NCBI GenBank assembly: GCA_003554185.1
Contig: PWFU01000029.1
Location: 298-64,297 of the forward strand
DNA: 64,000 nucleotides
Direction of reading: 5' to 3'
From: Candidatus Dojkabacteria bacterium
GTDB taxonomy: Bacteria; Patescibacteriota; Dojkabacteria; SC72; T1SED10-24
Each line of letters begins with the position of its first letter. The first letter of the stretch is position 1. The notes beneath the pieces were generated by a model that saw nothing but the letters and a program-made list of their open reading frames with translations, was not told the origin of the DNA and did no database searches. Of the stretch, positions 50,315 through 58,858 are shown one piece after another. The position numbers and the translations under genes are program-made.

Positions 50315-51604
50315 TCAATCTCTAAGCAAATCAAGAGCTTTCTCTAATTGCGGATCATCCCCTTCCTTGAAGTCTTCTTGTGTAAATTCAACTTCTTTAT
50401 CCGGTTCTATTACATTATCACTTTTAAGCCAAGAACCATCAGGCAAAAGCCACTTAATAACTGTTAGATGTAAACTACTACCATCTCTAAAATCTATCAT
50501 ATCTTGTGCCGTACCTTTACCATAAGTACTTTCACCAACAATTATTGCCCTCTCATTTTGTTGCAAAGCCCCAGCAAAAATTTCTGATGCAGAAGCAGAA
50601 CCCCGATCTACCAACACCACAACTTCTGTATCAAGCAAATTACCTTCGCGTGTTACAGTATATTCTTTCACATTACTTTGCCGATCTTCTTGCTTTGCAA
50701 TTACAGTTTCTCTTGGTAAAAATTCTTCTGCAGCATAAACACCACTATCAAAAAAACCACCAGGGTTTCCTCTCAAATCAATAATTAATTCGTTTTTACC
50801 TGTTTCTAAAAACTCTTCAATTGTTGAATCCCAAACAGAATTCCATACTTGTATATTACTTTCAGTGAAGCGAGATACATCAAGAATATGAATACCCGAA
50901 TCATCATCTTTAACTAATTCCATACTAGGCACGGTAATTTCACCTCGAGTAATTTCAATATCTCTGAGTTCACTTTCCCCTTCTCTCATAACCGTTAAAA
51001 TCACCTCTGTGCCCGCCTCCCCCCTTATTTTATCCACAACTTCATATATCGAATGGGACTGTTTAATTCGTACGTCATCCACTTTTACAATAGTATCTCT
51101 CGCTTGAACACCCGCTTCCTTAGCTGGTGAGCCTGCAATTGGTGCAATAACAATGATCGAACCTTCACTATAACCTAATTCGGCTCCAATACCTTCAAAA
51201 TACTCTCCCCTACTCTGTTTCTCAAACAGCTCTGATTCTTCGGGATCTAAAAAAACAGTGCCCGGATCCTCTAAAGAAGAAACAACTCCTTTCACAGCAC
51301 CATAGAACATCTTTTCTTCGTCAACAGCTTCTTCATCAACATATTTGTTCTCTATGGTATTCCAAACAGACCAAAACAGATCTTCATTAAACCCTTCTTT
51401 CACTTCTGCACTCCGTCTAAAACCACTAATAGCGTCCAGAGGGCCTCTAACAGAATCACCCTCATATTGTTCAAAAATTCTTCCTCCAACAAAACTCAAC
51501 ACAGAGAGACAAAATATCAGCAAAACAACACCCACATATCGAAAAAACTTACTTTCCTTATGGTCTTTTGAAGACAATGTACTGTAATCTATATCCTTCT
51601 TCAT
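50315..51604 (-). CDS. ctpA: Carboxy-terminal processing protease (S41 family)
   Basis: PDZ region plus RGSASASEIFAGALQ (Ser) and YGKGTAQ (Lys). Confidence 0.9.
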   Translation of the reverse strand: MKKDIDYSTLSSKDHKESKFFRYVGVVLLIFCLSVLSFVGGRIFEQYEGDSVRGPLDAISGFRRSAEVKEGFNEDLFWSVWNTIENKYVDEEAVDEEKMFYGAVKGVVSSLEDPGTVFLDPEESELFEKQSRGEYFEGIGAELGYSEGSIIVIAPIAGSPAKEAGVQARDTIVKVDDVRIKQSHSIYEVVDKIRGEAGTEVILTVMREGESELRDIEITRGEITVPSMELVKDDDSGIHILDVSRFTESNIQVWNSVWDSTIEEFLETGKNELIIDLRGNPGGFFDSGVYAAEEFLPRETVIAKQEDRQSNVKEYTVTREGNLLDTEVVVLVDRGSASASEIFAGALQQNERAIIVGESTYGKGTAQDMIDFRDGSSLHLTVIKWLLPDGSWLKSDNVIEPDKEVEFTQEDFKEGDDPQLEKALDLLRD

Positions 51605-51652
51605 TGTAAACTAATTATATTAGCAAATAATTTATATCTCAAATTTCATATT

Positions 51653-52732
51653 TTAGTAAATTCCAAAACCTAAGATAGAAAAGTCTTCTTGACATATCTC
51701 CAAATTATCGACACTTATTAATAAGGTTGAGCCATTTTGCATTGCCACCTTCGCTTGTTCTTTACCATTTTCAAAAGAGATCACTTTTCCAACCATTCCA
51801 AAAGATTCTATCTCTAAGGATTTCACTATATCACCTACCTCCAGTTTTTTAAAGTAATTTTGCTTAATTAATTCAGAGAATTTGTTATTTAAACCAACCA
51901 AAATTTTCATTGAATTGGAATTAAAATCTATACAGACCTGATTACCCTCTAATTTCTGAAACACATCAAACAAAATCTCATCAAAACATATATTACCATA
52001 ACCTGTTAATAAGCCAGCCGGAAGTTTTAAATCAGTAAAGTGCATATAGTACATTGAACCTACTAATACGAATTTCGCACCTCTAGAAAACAATTCAGAT
52101 ATTATTTCAGGATATAGAAATCTGCCAGCAAAAACTATTTTATCTTCATAAGAATCTTTTAAATTCTTCGTAGATGGGATAGATTCAGCATCACCTAGGA
52201 CCTCAAATTCACCAAAAACAACTTCAGCAGATGTTAGGTATTTCTTTTTGTTAAAACTGCTAACAGCAAATAGAGGAATTATACAAACATCGCTTAATAC
52301 CGTCATACCTCTCCCCAAATTTATGTCTACAACATTTCCCGAAAACTTAGGTTTAAATACTTCAACCTCAGTTTCTGCCAAAATATCTACATATCCTGTA
52401 TCTATTCGAGAGAAGTCTACAATCCCCTCAGATTTAGAAAAAACACGTTTGGAAAATAGCCCTCCCGAAACCAACTTCTCAGCAATAACTTCGCCCTTGG
52501 TAATGTATTCACCCTCTATCCTACAAACATAATCTTTTGATTTTTCTTCTTTAATTTCTAATTCTTTTGATAAAGAATATGTTTCAACTATTTTCCTCTT
52601 TTCTATATTAAACAACTCCTCTCCCATCTTAAAGCTATTCCCTTCCTTTATATGGCAACTTGCCCTACCTTCGAAGGGTATCAAAACCTCTTCCCCGCTT
52701 ATATATTTTACACTTTTACTAATTAAATTCAT
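51653..52732 (-). CDS. Hypothetical protein, unknown function
   Basis: The ATG at 52732 overlaps the upstream stop by 14 nt. About 359 aa, no TM, no motif I can name. Confidence 0.6.
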   Translation of the reverse strand: MNLISKSVKYISGEEVLIPFEGRASCHIKEGNSFKMGEELFNIEKRKIVETYSLSKELEIKEEKSKDYVCRIEGEYITKGEVIAEKLVSGGLFSKRVFSKSEGIVDFSRIDTGYVDILAETEVEVFKPKFSGNVVDINLGRGMTVLSDVCIIPLFAVSSFNKKKYLTSAEVVFGEFEVLGDAESIPSTKNLKDSYEDKIVFAGRFLYPEIISELFSRGAKFVLVGSMYYMHFTDLKLPAGLLTGYGNICFDEILFDVFQKLEGNQVCIDFNSNSMKILVGLNNKFSELIKQNYFKKLEVGDIVKSLEIESFGMVGKVISFENGKEQAKVAMQNGSTLLISVDNLEICQEDFSILGFGIY

Positions 52733-54098
52733 CAGTAAACCAAGATTTGAATTTATTTTCGTTTTCTCTCGGACCTGGACCATACATCACAGGTTTAAAT
52801 CGACAGTCAAAAACAACTCTTTCCCAAGTAATACCTTCAGCAAAACACTCAAACGCTATATCTTTTGAATAGTGTTCTATAAAAGCACTCTTGGATAAAC
52901 GACCTTCAAAGATAGAATTATATGCTTTGTCTATCTTAATATCCGTGAACTCAGAAGACATCACATTTATATTCAACCCTGATTCTTTATCTAATTCTTT
53001 TAATAAACCTTCAAAAACAAGTTTCCTACGCCCCTTTTTTATCTCTAACTCAGGTATAAAAACTTTTGTAAAATTAGGAAGGAAATTATCTTTTGTAAAT
53101 ATTACATCTTCTGCATTCTTACCTTTGGAAAAACTACTCCCAAAAGTGTAAATCAAGCTCTCATAATCAACATAAAAGTCAAAATTACCTTGTATTTCAA
53201 AACCATCAATTATTGATACCAGAAGATCTCTAAACTCGGGGATACCTATAATTTCTCCGGTCAAACAAATCAAATTCTTTGGTTTTTTAAGACCGAAATC
53301 TGAACAAATCTGATTTTGAATTTGAGAGATAGATAATAATTGTAAAGTTAAATATGCCCTTACAAAGTCTTTAAATGTCGCTGATTGAGTATAAAGGGTT
53401 GGTTTGCTTAAAAAATTTGCCCAAATATTATACCGAAAATTCTCATTTAAATACTGTTTTAGAAAAGCCAAATACTTCTCACCTTTCACCACTTCCATAA
53501 TTTTCTCTTCATCTTTCCACTTATATATAGCTTCTGAAACATCATACACATCACTCCCAACTTTACCTATTCCCCTACTAACACTTTCATTTTCTTCAAA
53601 ACGATACATCTTTAGACTCTGAACACTTAAATTCAAAAAAATACAATCTTGATAACCTAAGCGATAGGCTATTTCACCAAAAATCTTCTTCTCTGAAAGT
53701 TTATTCACAGTAGACACCTTCAAATCAAGAGAAAATTCTCTTAAAGAATCAATCCACTCTTTACTATTGGTATTGTCTCTAGAAATTTTAAAAGAACATC
53801 CCCTTAAACCAACTCCCTCATCTTCAAATGATTTTAAATGATTAGCAAATTTGTCACTGGAAACTTTTTTGGCACTCAAGATTTCCCAACCCCATTTATT
53901 TTCTAAATTCGTAAAATAGTCTAACCAAAATTCATTCAGGTTAATATTTCTCGTGCTAATAGGTAATCTACTAATATCTTTCAATATATATGAGCTATTA
54001 GTATCGTAGTATGTATACGCTAGATGAGCATATATATATTTTTGGGATATAAAAACTGAGAGGTAAGCATTTTGTGAAAGCAAAGGTAACTTCGACAC
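52719..54098 (-). CDS. Hypothetical protein; possibly a very divergent actin-fold (FtsA/PilM-like) protein
   Basis: 459 aa, GTG start. NLICLTGEIIGIPEFRDLL resembles the phosphate-2/adenosine region of ASKHA proteins. This is a weak call. Confidence 0.55.
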   Translation of the reverse strand: MSKLPLLSQNAYLSVFISQKYIYAHLAYTYYDTNSSYILKDISRLPISTRNINLNEFWLDYFTNLENKWGWEILSAKKVSSDKFANHLKSFEDEGVGLRGCSFKISRDNTNSKEWIDSLREFSLDLKVSTVNKLSEKKIFGEIAYRLGYQDCIFLNLSVQSLKMYRFEENESVSRGIGKVGSDVYDVSEAIYKWKDEEKIMEVVKGEKYLAFLKQYLNENFRYNIWANFLSKPTLYTQSATFKDFVRAYLTLQLLSISQIQNQICSDFGLKKPKNLICLTGEIIGIPEFRDLLVSIIDGFEIQGNFDFYVDYESLIYTFGSSFSKGKNAEDVIFTKDNFLPNFTKVFIPELEIKKGRRKLVFEGLLKELDKESGLNINVMSSEFTDIKIDKAYNSIFEGRLSKSAFIEHYSKDIAFECFAEGITWERVVFDCRFKPVMYGPGPRENENKFKSWFTDEFN

Positions 54099-54145
54099 AA
54101 ATAGATAAACGTCTAAAATAATCTTTCACAATCTTAACACTATGA

Positions 54146-54179
54146 CAAAAAAAAGAAAAGGAGGACAGAGTCCTCCTTT
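54146..54179 (-). terminator. Rho-independent terminator of the rpsF-ssb-rpsR operon
   Basis: Perfect 10-bp stem AAAGGAGGAC/GTCCTCCTTT (54157-54166 and 54170-54179) with a 3-nt loop, followed on the minus strand by TTCTTTTTTTT. Confidence 0.6.
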
Positions 54180-54197
54180 AAACAGAATTCCAAAGAT

Positions 54198-54539
54198 CTA
54201 ACCCTCTATGTGAACATAAGGCAAGAGAGCAATATATCTTGCCCTCTTAATAGCTTTCGTTATTTGCCTCTGATGTTTTCTACAAGCCCCAGACTTTTCC
54301 GGATGTATAATTTTCCCCCTAACAGAAGTAAACTTTTTTAGCTGATAAACATCTTTATAATTCACAGTTTTAATTCCTGCCTCACAAAGGGGACATTTTA
54401 GATTCAAAACAACCTTTTTACGTTTTCCCCCTCTACCATGACTACGGCCTCCCTGTTCTGCACTATCTTCATTGGAACCCGTAACTTTACTCTCATCAAA
54501 GACATCATCCAAGCTGGGACTGTTTTTTACTTCTGTCAT
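54198..54539 (-). CDS. rpsR: 30S ribosomal protein S18 with an N-terminal extension
   Basis: YKDVYQLKKFTSVRGKIIHPEKSGACRKHQRQITKAIKRARYIALLPY. Confidence 0.9.
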   Translation of the reverse strand: MTEVKNSPSLDDVFDESKVTGSNEDSAEQGGRSHGRGGKRKKVVLNLKCPLCEAGIKTVNYKDVYQLKKFTSVRGKIIHPEKSGACRKHQRQITKAIKRARYIALLPYVHIEG

Positions 54540-54575
54540 AATTTTCTAACTAATAAATTTAATACACAAACTAAA

Positions 54576-55085
54576 TTAAAAAGGCAAATCATCTTCCAAC
54601 CCCTCCTCAGAAGAATTATCTTCTGAACCTTCTGAAGCGCCAGCAGAATCTTCCCCTGTATTTTTAGACTCGTCAGATGAAGAATTGCTTTCTCCTTGTT
54701 CTTCCGAACTCTCTTGGGACTTAGATTCATCAAAACCAGCTCCCTGTTTCCCTTTCGAGTCAAGTAGTTTCATCTCAGAAACCCTAATCTCAGTTTTATA
54801 ATTCGTTTTACCGCTTTCATCTTCCCAGGTTCTCGTATTCAAAGAACCCTCAATGTACACCATCATACCTTTAGCTAATATTTGCTGGCAAATCTCTGCC
54901 ATCTTTCTCCAAGCAACAATGTTATGAAATTCAACCGCTTCCTGAATTTCACCATTATTATCTTTCCAAGATCGATTAGTAGCCAATCCGAAAGAAGCCA
55001 CAGGAACTCCGTTAGCTGTATAACGAATTTCGGGATCTCTAGTAAGATTCCCTATTAATAATACTTTATTCAAAGATCTTGACAT
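54576..55085 (-). CDS. ssb: Single-stranded DNA-binding protein
   Basis: MSRSLNKVLLIGNLTRDPEIRYT OB-fold start. Acidic tail ending DDLPF. The ATG at 55085 is preferred over the TTG at 55115. Confidence 0.92.
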   Translation of the reverse strand: MSRSLNKVLLIGNLTRDPEIRYTANGVPVASFGLATNRSWKDNNGEIQEAVEFHNIVAWRKMAEICQQILAKGMMVYIEGSLNTRTWEDESGKTNYKTEIRVSEMKLLDSKGKQGAGFDESKSQESSEEQGESNSSSDESKNTGEDSAGASEGSEDNSSEEGLEDDLPF

Positions 55086-55151
55086 ATAAAAAAACCTTTT
55101 AAAATTTAAATACAATCCAATTCTACTCTACCCAAATTAAGATAAAGCAAA

Positions 55152-55505
55152 TTATATATTAACTTCCATATCTTTCTTTTTTATTTTGTTTCTTTCCAAA
55201 TCATTCTCCTCAACCTTAACCAAAAGATATCTAAGAATTTCCTGCTTCAAATCCATACGCCTCCTAAACTCTGCAATCTTATCTTTAGGCAACGTGAGAG
55301 TATATACTATATAATATCCTTCGTCATGAGACTTGATTTTATAGGTCAAATACCTCTTACCCCAAACATCAACATCCTCAACTTCACCCCCCAGATCCTT
55401 ACATAAATCAACCATTGACTTATGTACTGCTTTCCTTACATCATCTGGAAGAAGAGACTTTAGTACAACCATCATCTCATACAAATCACTTTTTGCTTTT
55501 TTCAT
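55152..55505 (-). CDS. rpsF: 30S ribosomal protein S6
   Basis: YEMMVVLKSLLPDD...WGKRYLTYKI pattern. Conserved rpsF-ssb-rpsR order. Confidence 0.9.
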   Translation of the reverse strand: MKKAKSDLYEMMVVLKSLLPDDVRKAVHKSMVDLCKDLGGEVEDVDVWGKRYLTYKIKSHDEGYYIVYTLTLPKDKIAEFRRRMDLKQEILRYLLVKVEENDLERNKIKKKDMEVNI

Positions 55506-55636
55506 TTTCAGAAACTATCATCTAATCTATTAGATACCACACCACACCAAAGGCTGAGCGGATTGTCCCATATTTAACGATTGTGTAAAATACTATCTGC
55601 AAATGTAATTTTTATAATTCTTCAATCATTAATAGT

Positions 55637-56449
55637 ATGAAAAAAGTTAGAAAAACAATAAAATACGGAGTATTAATGGCAATTCCTCTCATTGTTTTAC
55701 TCACATATTTCTATACCAATGAGGAGGAAATGCAACAAAAAGAAAAGGTTCAAGAGGAGTTACGAGAGACACAAACCATAAAAATACAAGAAACACCAGC
55801 CCAAGAAGGGGCTTCATATTTCGAAAACGTAGAAGTCCTAGAAGGACAAGAAATGTATTATGCATACCCATTAGAAATAGACCCCAAAAACCCACCCCAG
55901 CTAATTATATACAGCCCAGGAAAAAATCAAACAATTGTACAGAATAAAGAAGATGAATATATGCAAGTTTTAAGGGAAAATGGGGAATTCTTTGTTCAAA
56001 GAGGTTATGCTTTTGCAGCATCAAATGAACATGGAAATAACTGGGGAGGAGAAAAATCTCTAAAAGATATACAAAAAACTATAACTTGGCTAGACAAAAA
56101 CTATTATATAGCTGACAATATAAATATGGTTGGATTCAGTATGGGAGGACTATCCAGCATAAATTTTGCTGTTAAAAAATCTGACCTCGTAAATTCAATC
56201 GCACTTTTAGCCCCTACCCCTAACATGGAACTAACACAAGAAGAGGTTGAAAAAATAGAAGAGATCAATATCAAAATTTTTCAAGGTACACAAGATCCTA
56301 TACATCTTGATGCATCACATGAGTATGTAAACTTCTTTGAAAAAAAAGGCAAGGATGTTGAGCTAGAAATAATAGAAGGAGAAGGACATTACGATATACA
56401 AACATCTGTGTTAAACAAGATATATAAATTTTTTGAGAAACAGAATTAA
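55637..56449 (+). CDS. Alpha/beta hydrolase (S9/esterase-like), membrane anchored or secreted
   Basis: GFSMGG nucleophile elbow, later QGTQDP and EGHYD (Asp/His candidates). N-terminal TM. Confidence 0.75.
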   Translation: MKKVRKTIKYGVLMAIPLIVLLTYFYTNEEEMQQKEKVQEELRETQTIKIQETPAQEGASYFENVEVLEGQEMYYAYPLEIDPKNPPQLIIYSPGKNQTIVQNKEDEYMQVLRENGEFFVQRGYAFAASNEHGNNWGGEKSLKDIQKTITWLDKNYYIADNINMVGFSMGGLSSINFAVKKSDLVNSIALLAPTPNMELTQEEVEKIEEINIKIFQGTQDPIHLDASHEYVNFFEKKGKDVELEIIEGEGHYDIQTSVLNKIYKFFEKQN

Positions 56450-56451
56450 AA

Positions 56452-57384
56452 ATGAAAATATTATTTAATAAAGAAACTCTGAAACATAATACAAGCAATC
56501 ATATAGAAGGGGCTTACAGAATCAAGGATTTTGAAAAAAAGTTCCAAGATTCGGGTACAAAAAATGAAGGGGAAGAACACCTCAAGGAACTATACTCACC
56601 AGAATATATTCAAGCAATGAAAGATGCTTTCCTAAATAGTGATTACATAGCAGAAGTAAACACTAATCCTTCTACATATGAAATTGCATGTATTTCGGTC
56701 GATCTAGCTGTCAAAGCAAGCATCCAAGGAGCATTTGCAATCACCAGGCCACCAGGACATCATGCTAGTCAAAATAAATCAGAGGGATTTTGTTTTTTCA
56801 ACAACATTGCTATTGCTGCACAAAGATTATTAAACAAAAATAAAAGAGTATGTATAATAGATATAGATGGGCATCATGGTAACGGGACACAAGAAATTTT
56901 CAAGAAAGAAAAAAACCTATTATTTTGTTCAATACACCAAGAAAACACATATCCTTTCTCTGGCTTTTTGGAAGATGAAGACGTTGTAAACTTTCCTTTG
57001 ATGCCAGGTTCAGGTGATGATATTTTGTTAAAAATTGCACAACATTTACATATATTAATAAACAACTTTCAGCCTGATATTATTGGTATATCTGCAGGAT
57101 TCGATGGATACCACAAAGACATGCTTCTGGATTTAAAATTTACTCAAAAGGGGTACTATAGCTTCGCCAAAACCATATTACAAACTCAGCAAAAAACAAA
57201 AGCTTTTTGTTGCCTAGAAGGAGGATATCATAATGAAATATATCAATGTACAACAGAATTCATAAATGGATTAACAAACAATGAATACACAGGAGAAGAA
57301 GACTACTCCTTATCCCCCGAAACTGTACTAGAGAATTTTTACAAAAAAGAAGAATTCTTCAAAAAGAAGAACTGCTTACCATAA
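56452..57384 (+). CDS. Histone deacetylase-family enzyme (acetoin utilisation/acetylpolyamine amidohydrolase-like)
   Basis: RPPGHHA, DIDGHHGNGTQ, SAGFDGY, LEGGY motifs. Confidence 0.9.
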   Translation: MKILFNKETLKHNTSNHIEGAYRIKDFEKKFQDSGTKNEGEEHLKELYSPEYIQAMKDAFLNSDYIAEVNTNPSTYEIACISVDLAVKASIQGAFAITRPPGHHASQNKSEGFCFFNNIAIAAQRLLNKNKRVCIIDIDGHHGNGTQEIFKKEKNLLFCSIHQENTYPFSGFLEDEDVVNFPLMPGSGDDILLKIAQHLHILINNFQPDIIGISAGFDGYHKDMLLDLKFTQKGYYSFAKTILQTQQKTKAFCCLEGGYHNEIYQCTTEFINGLTNNEYTGEEDYSLSPETVLENFYKKEEFFKKKNCLP

Positions 57385-57386
57385 AA

Positions 57387-57650
57387 CTATTCTTCATTAG
57401 TCACTGTATTAGAGACACAACCTGACATATATTCCTCTTTTAATTCATCTACATCCACATCTTCCGCTGACTCCTCAACATATACTTCGTCATCTTTGTC
57501 TTGCTCTTCTTCTACGAATTTCATGTCTTCGACTTCTTCTGATTCTTCTTCAACTTCATTATCAAAATCCCCTAATTCAAAATCAAACTCACAAGCTACG
57601 AAAATAAAATTTAGGAGAGGTAAAAGTAGAAATAAAAACTTTTTATAATT
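57387..57650 (-). other. Open frame encoding a lipoprotein-like small acidic protein, with no canonical start codon
   Basis: Frame open from the TAA at 57653-57651 to the TAG at 57389-57387. Encodes NYKKFLFLLLPLLNFIFVAC|EFDFELGDFDNEVEEE... (n-region, h-region, lipobox-like FVAC). No in-frame ATG/GTG/TTG before the lipobox. Confidence 0.3.
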
Positions 57651-57701
57651 TTAAAATCTTTAGGCTATTACAAAGAAAATGTGATCTGAATACTATCCAT
57701 A

Positions 57702-58754
57702 TCAAGCATTTGCTAATACAACAATATAATCTCCATCCTGTACAATATACTCTTTGTTACAGTTCTTTACAAGACCCTGTTCTTTAGCTTTTATCCATCC
57801 CCCTACTTCCATCAATTGCTCTACATTTATAACATCGGCTGTAATAAAATTATCTCTAAAATCAGAATGAATAACTCCAGCAGCCTCTTTCACATTACTG
57901 CCTTTAACAATACTCCAAGCATTACACTCTTTACTATTACCCGTATAAAAAGTTATCAAACCCAACCTTTTACAAGACATATCTATCAAATCTCTAACCC
58001 ACGTTAATCTGGGATAAATCATTCCTAGATATTTTTTCCTTTCTTCTTCTTTCATTTCGTCCAATTCTCCAATTAATTTTACATCCATTTCTAAAACAAA
58101 ATCTTCTTTATCAAAATTAACTATTCTTTCTATTTCTTCCCCTTCCCTTTTATTTAATACGAACATTCTTTTTTTCTGAGTTAATAAAGATAATGGTGCT
58201 ATCAAATTCAATTCTTCCTGGGTAAGGTCCATCTCTATGATTGGAATTCCTTTATTTAAATTTTGAATAATATTTTTAAACTTGTCCCTCTCCTTCGATT
58301 CATCACAAAACCTCTCAACAACCTCCAAGTCTTTAAATATCAATTCACTTTGTACTATCTCAAAATCTTCAAATGGGTTTATCCTATTATAGATGTGTGA
58401 AATATTTTCATTCTTAAAAGCACGCAAAACATAAAGTATCACATCAACCTCTCTAATATGGCTCAAAAATTTATTCCCCAACCCTTCACCCTTTGAAGCT
58501 CCTTGCACTAAACCAGCAATGTCTACAAATTTTATTCCTCCATAGACAATTTTTTCTGAATTATAGAAATTGGCCAATCTCTTGAGCCTGTCGTCCTGAA
58601 TTTCGACCACTCCAATATTTTTATCTAGTGTACAAAATGGATAATTTTCAGCTGGAACAAAATTTTTTGTGAGAGCATTAAAAAGTGTAGATTTACCAGA
58701 ATTCGGTAGCCCTACAAGCCCTACTGAAAGAGAATGAGATCTAGTAACATCCAT
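57702..58754 (-). CDS. ychF: Ribosome-binding ATPase YchF (OLA1 family)
   Basis: VGLVGLPNSGKSTLFNALT, DIAGLV, C-terminal TGS-like region. The ATG at 58754 is preferred over the TTG at 58775. Confidence 0.92.
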   Translation of the reverse strand: MDVTRSHSLSVGLVGLPNSGKSTLFNALTKNFVPAENYPFCTLDKNIGVVEIQDDRLKRLANFYNSEKIVYGGIKFVDIAGLVQGASKGEGLGNKFLSHIREVDVILYVLRAFKNENISHIYNRINPFEDFEIVQSELIFKDLEVVERFCDESKERDKFKNIIQNLNKGIPIIEMDLTQEELNLIAPLSLLTQKKRMFVLNKREGEEIERIVNFDKEDFVLEMDVKLIGELDEMKEEERKKYLGMIYPRLTWVRDLIDMSCKRLGLITFYTGNSKECNAWSIVKGSNVKEAAGVIHSDFRDNFITADVINVEQLMEVGGWIKAKEQGLVKNCNKEYIVQDGDYIVVLANA

Positions 58755-58858
58755 ATTTAAATACCAAATATCCAATTAATATTGAAGTATAGTACCATAA
58801 CAAAGGGTTTTTTCAAAACTTAGTGTACTATCAGAAATTTTGTTGTATTATTAACAAT

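Noticed and set aside
55506-55636. Possible S6:S18-binding leader RNA upstream of rpsF (small hairpin around ATCTAAT-AG-ATTAGAT).
   Set aside because: I cannot match it to the described rpsF leader consensus from memory with any confidence. The hairpin is short and AT-only.
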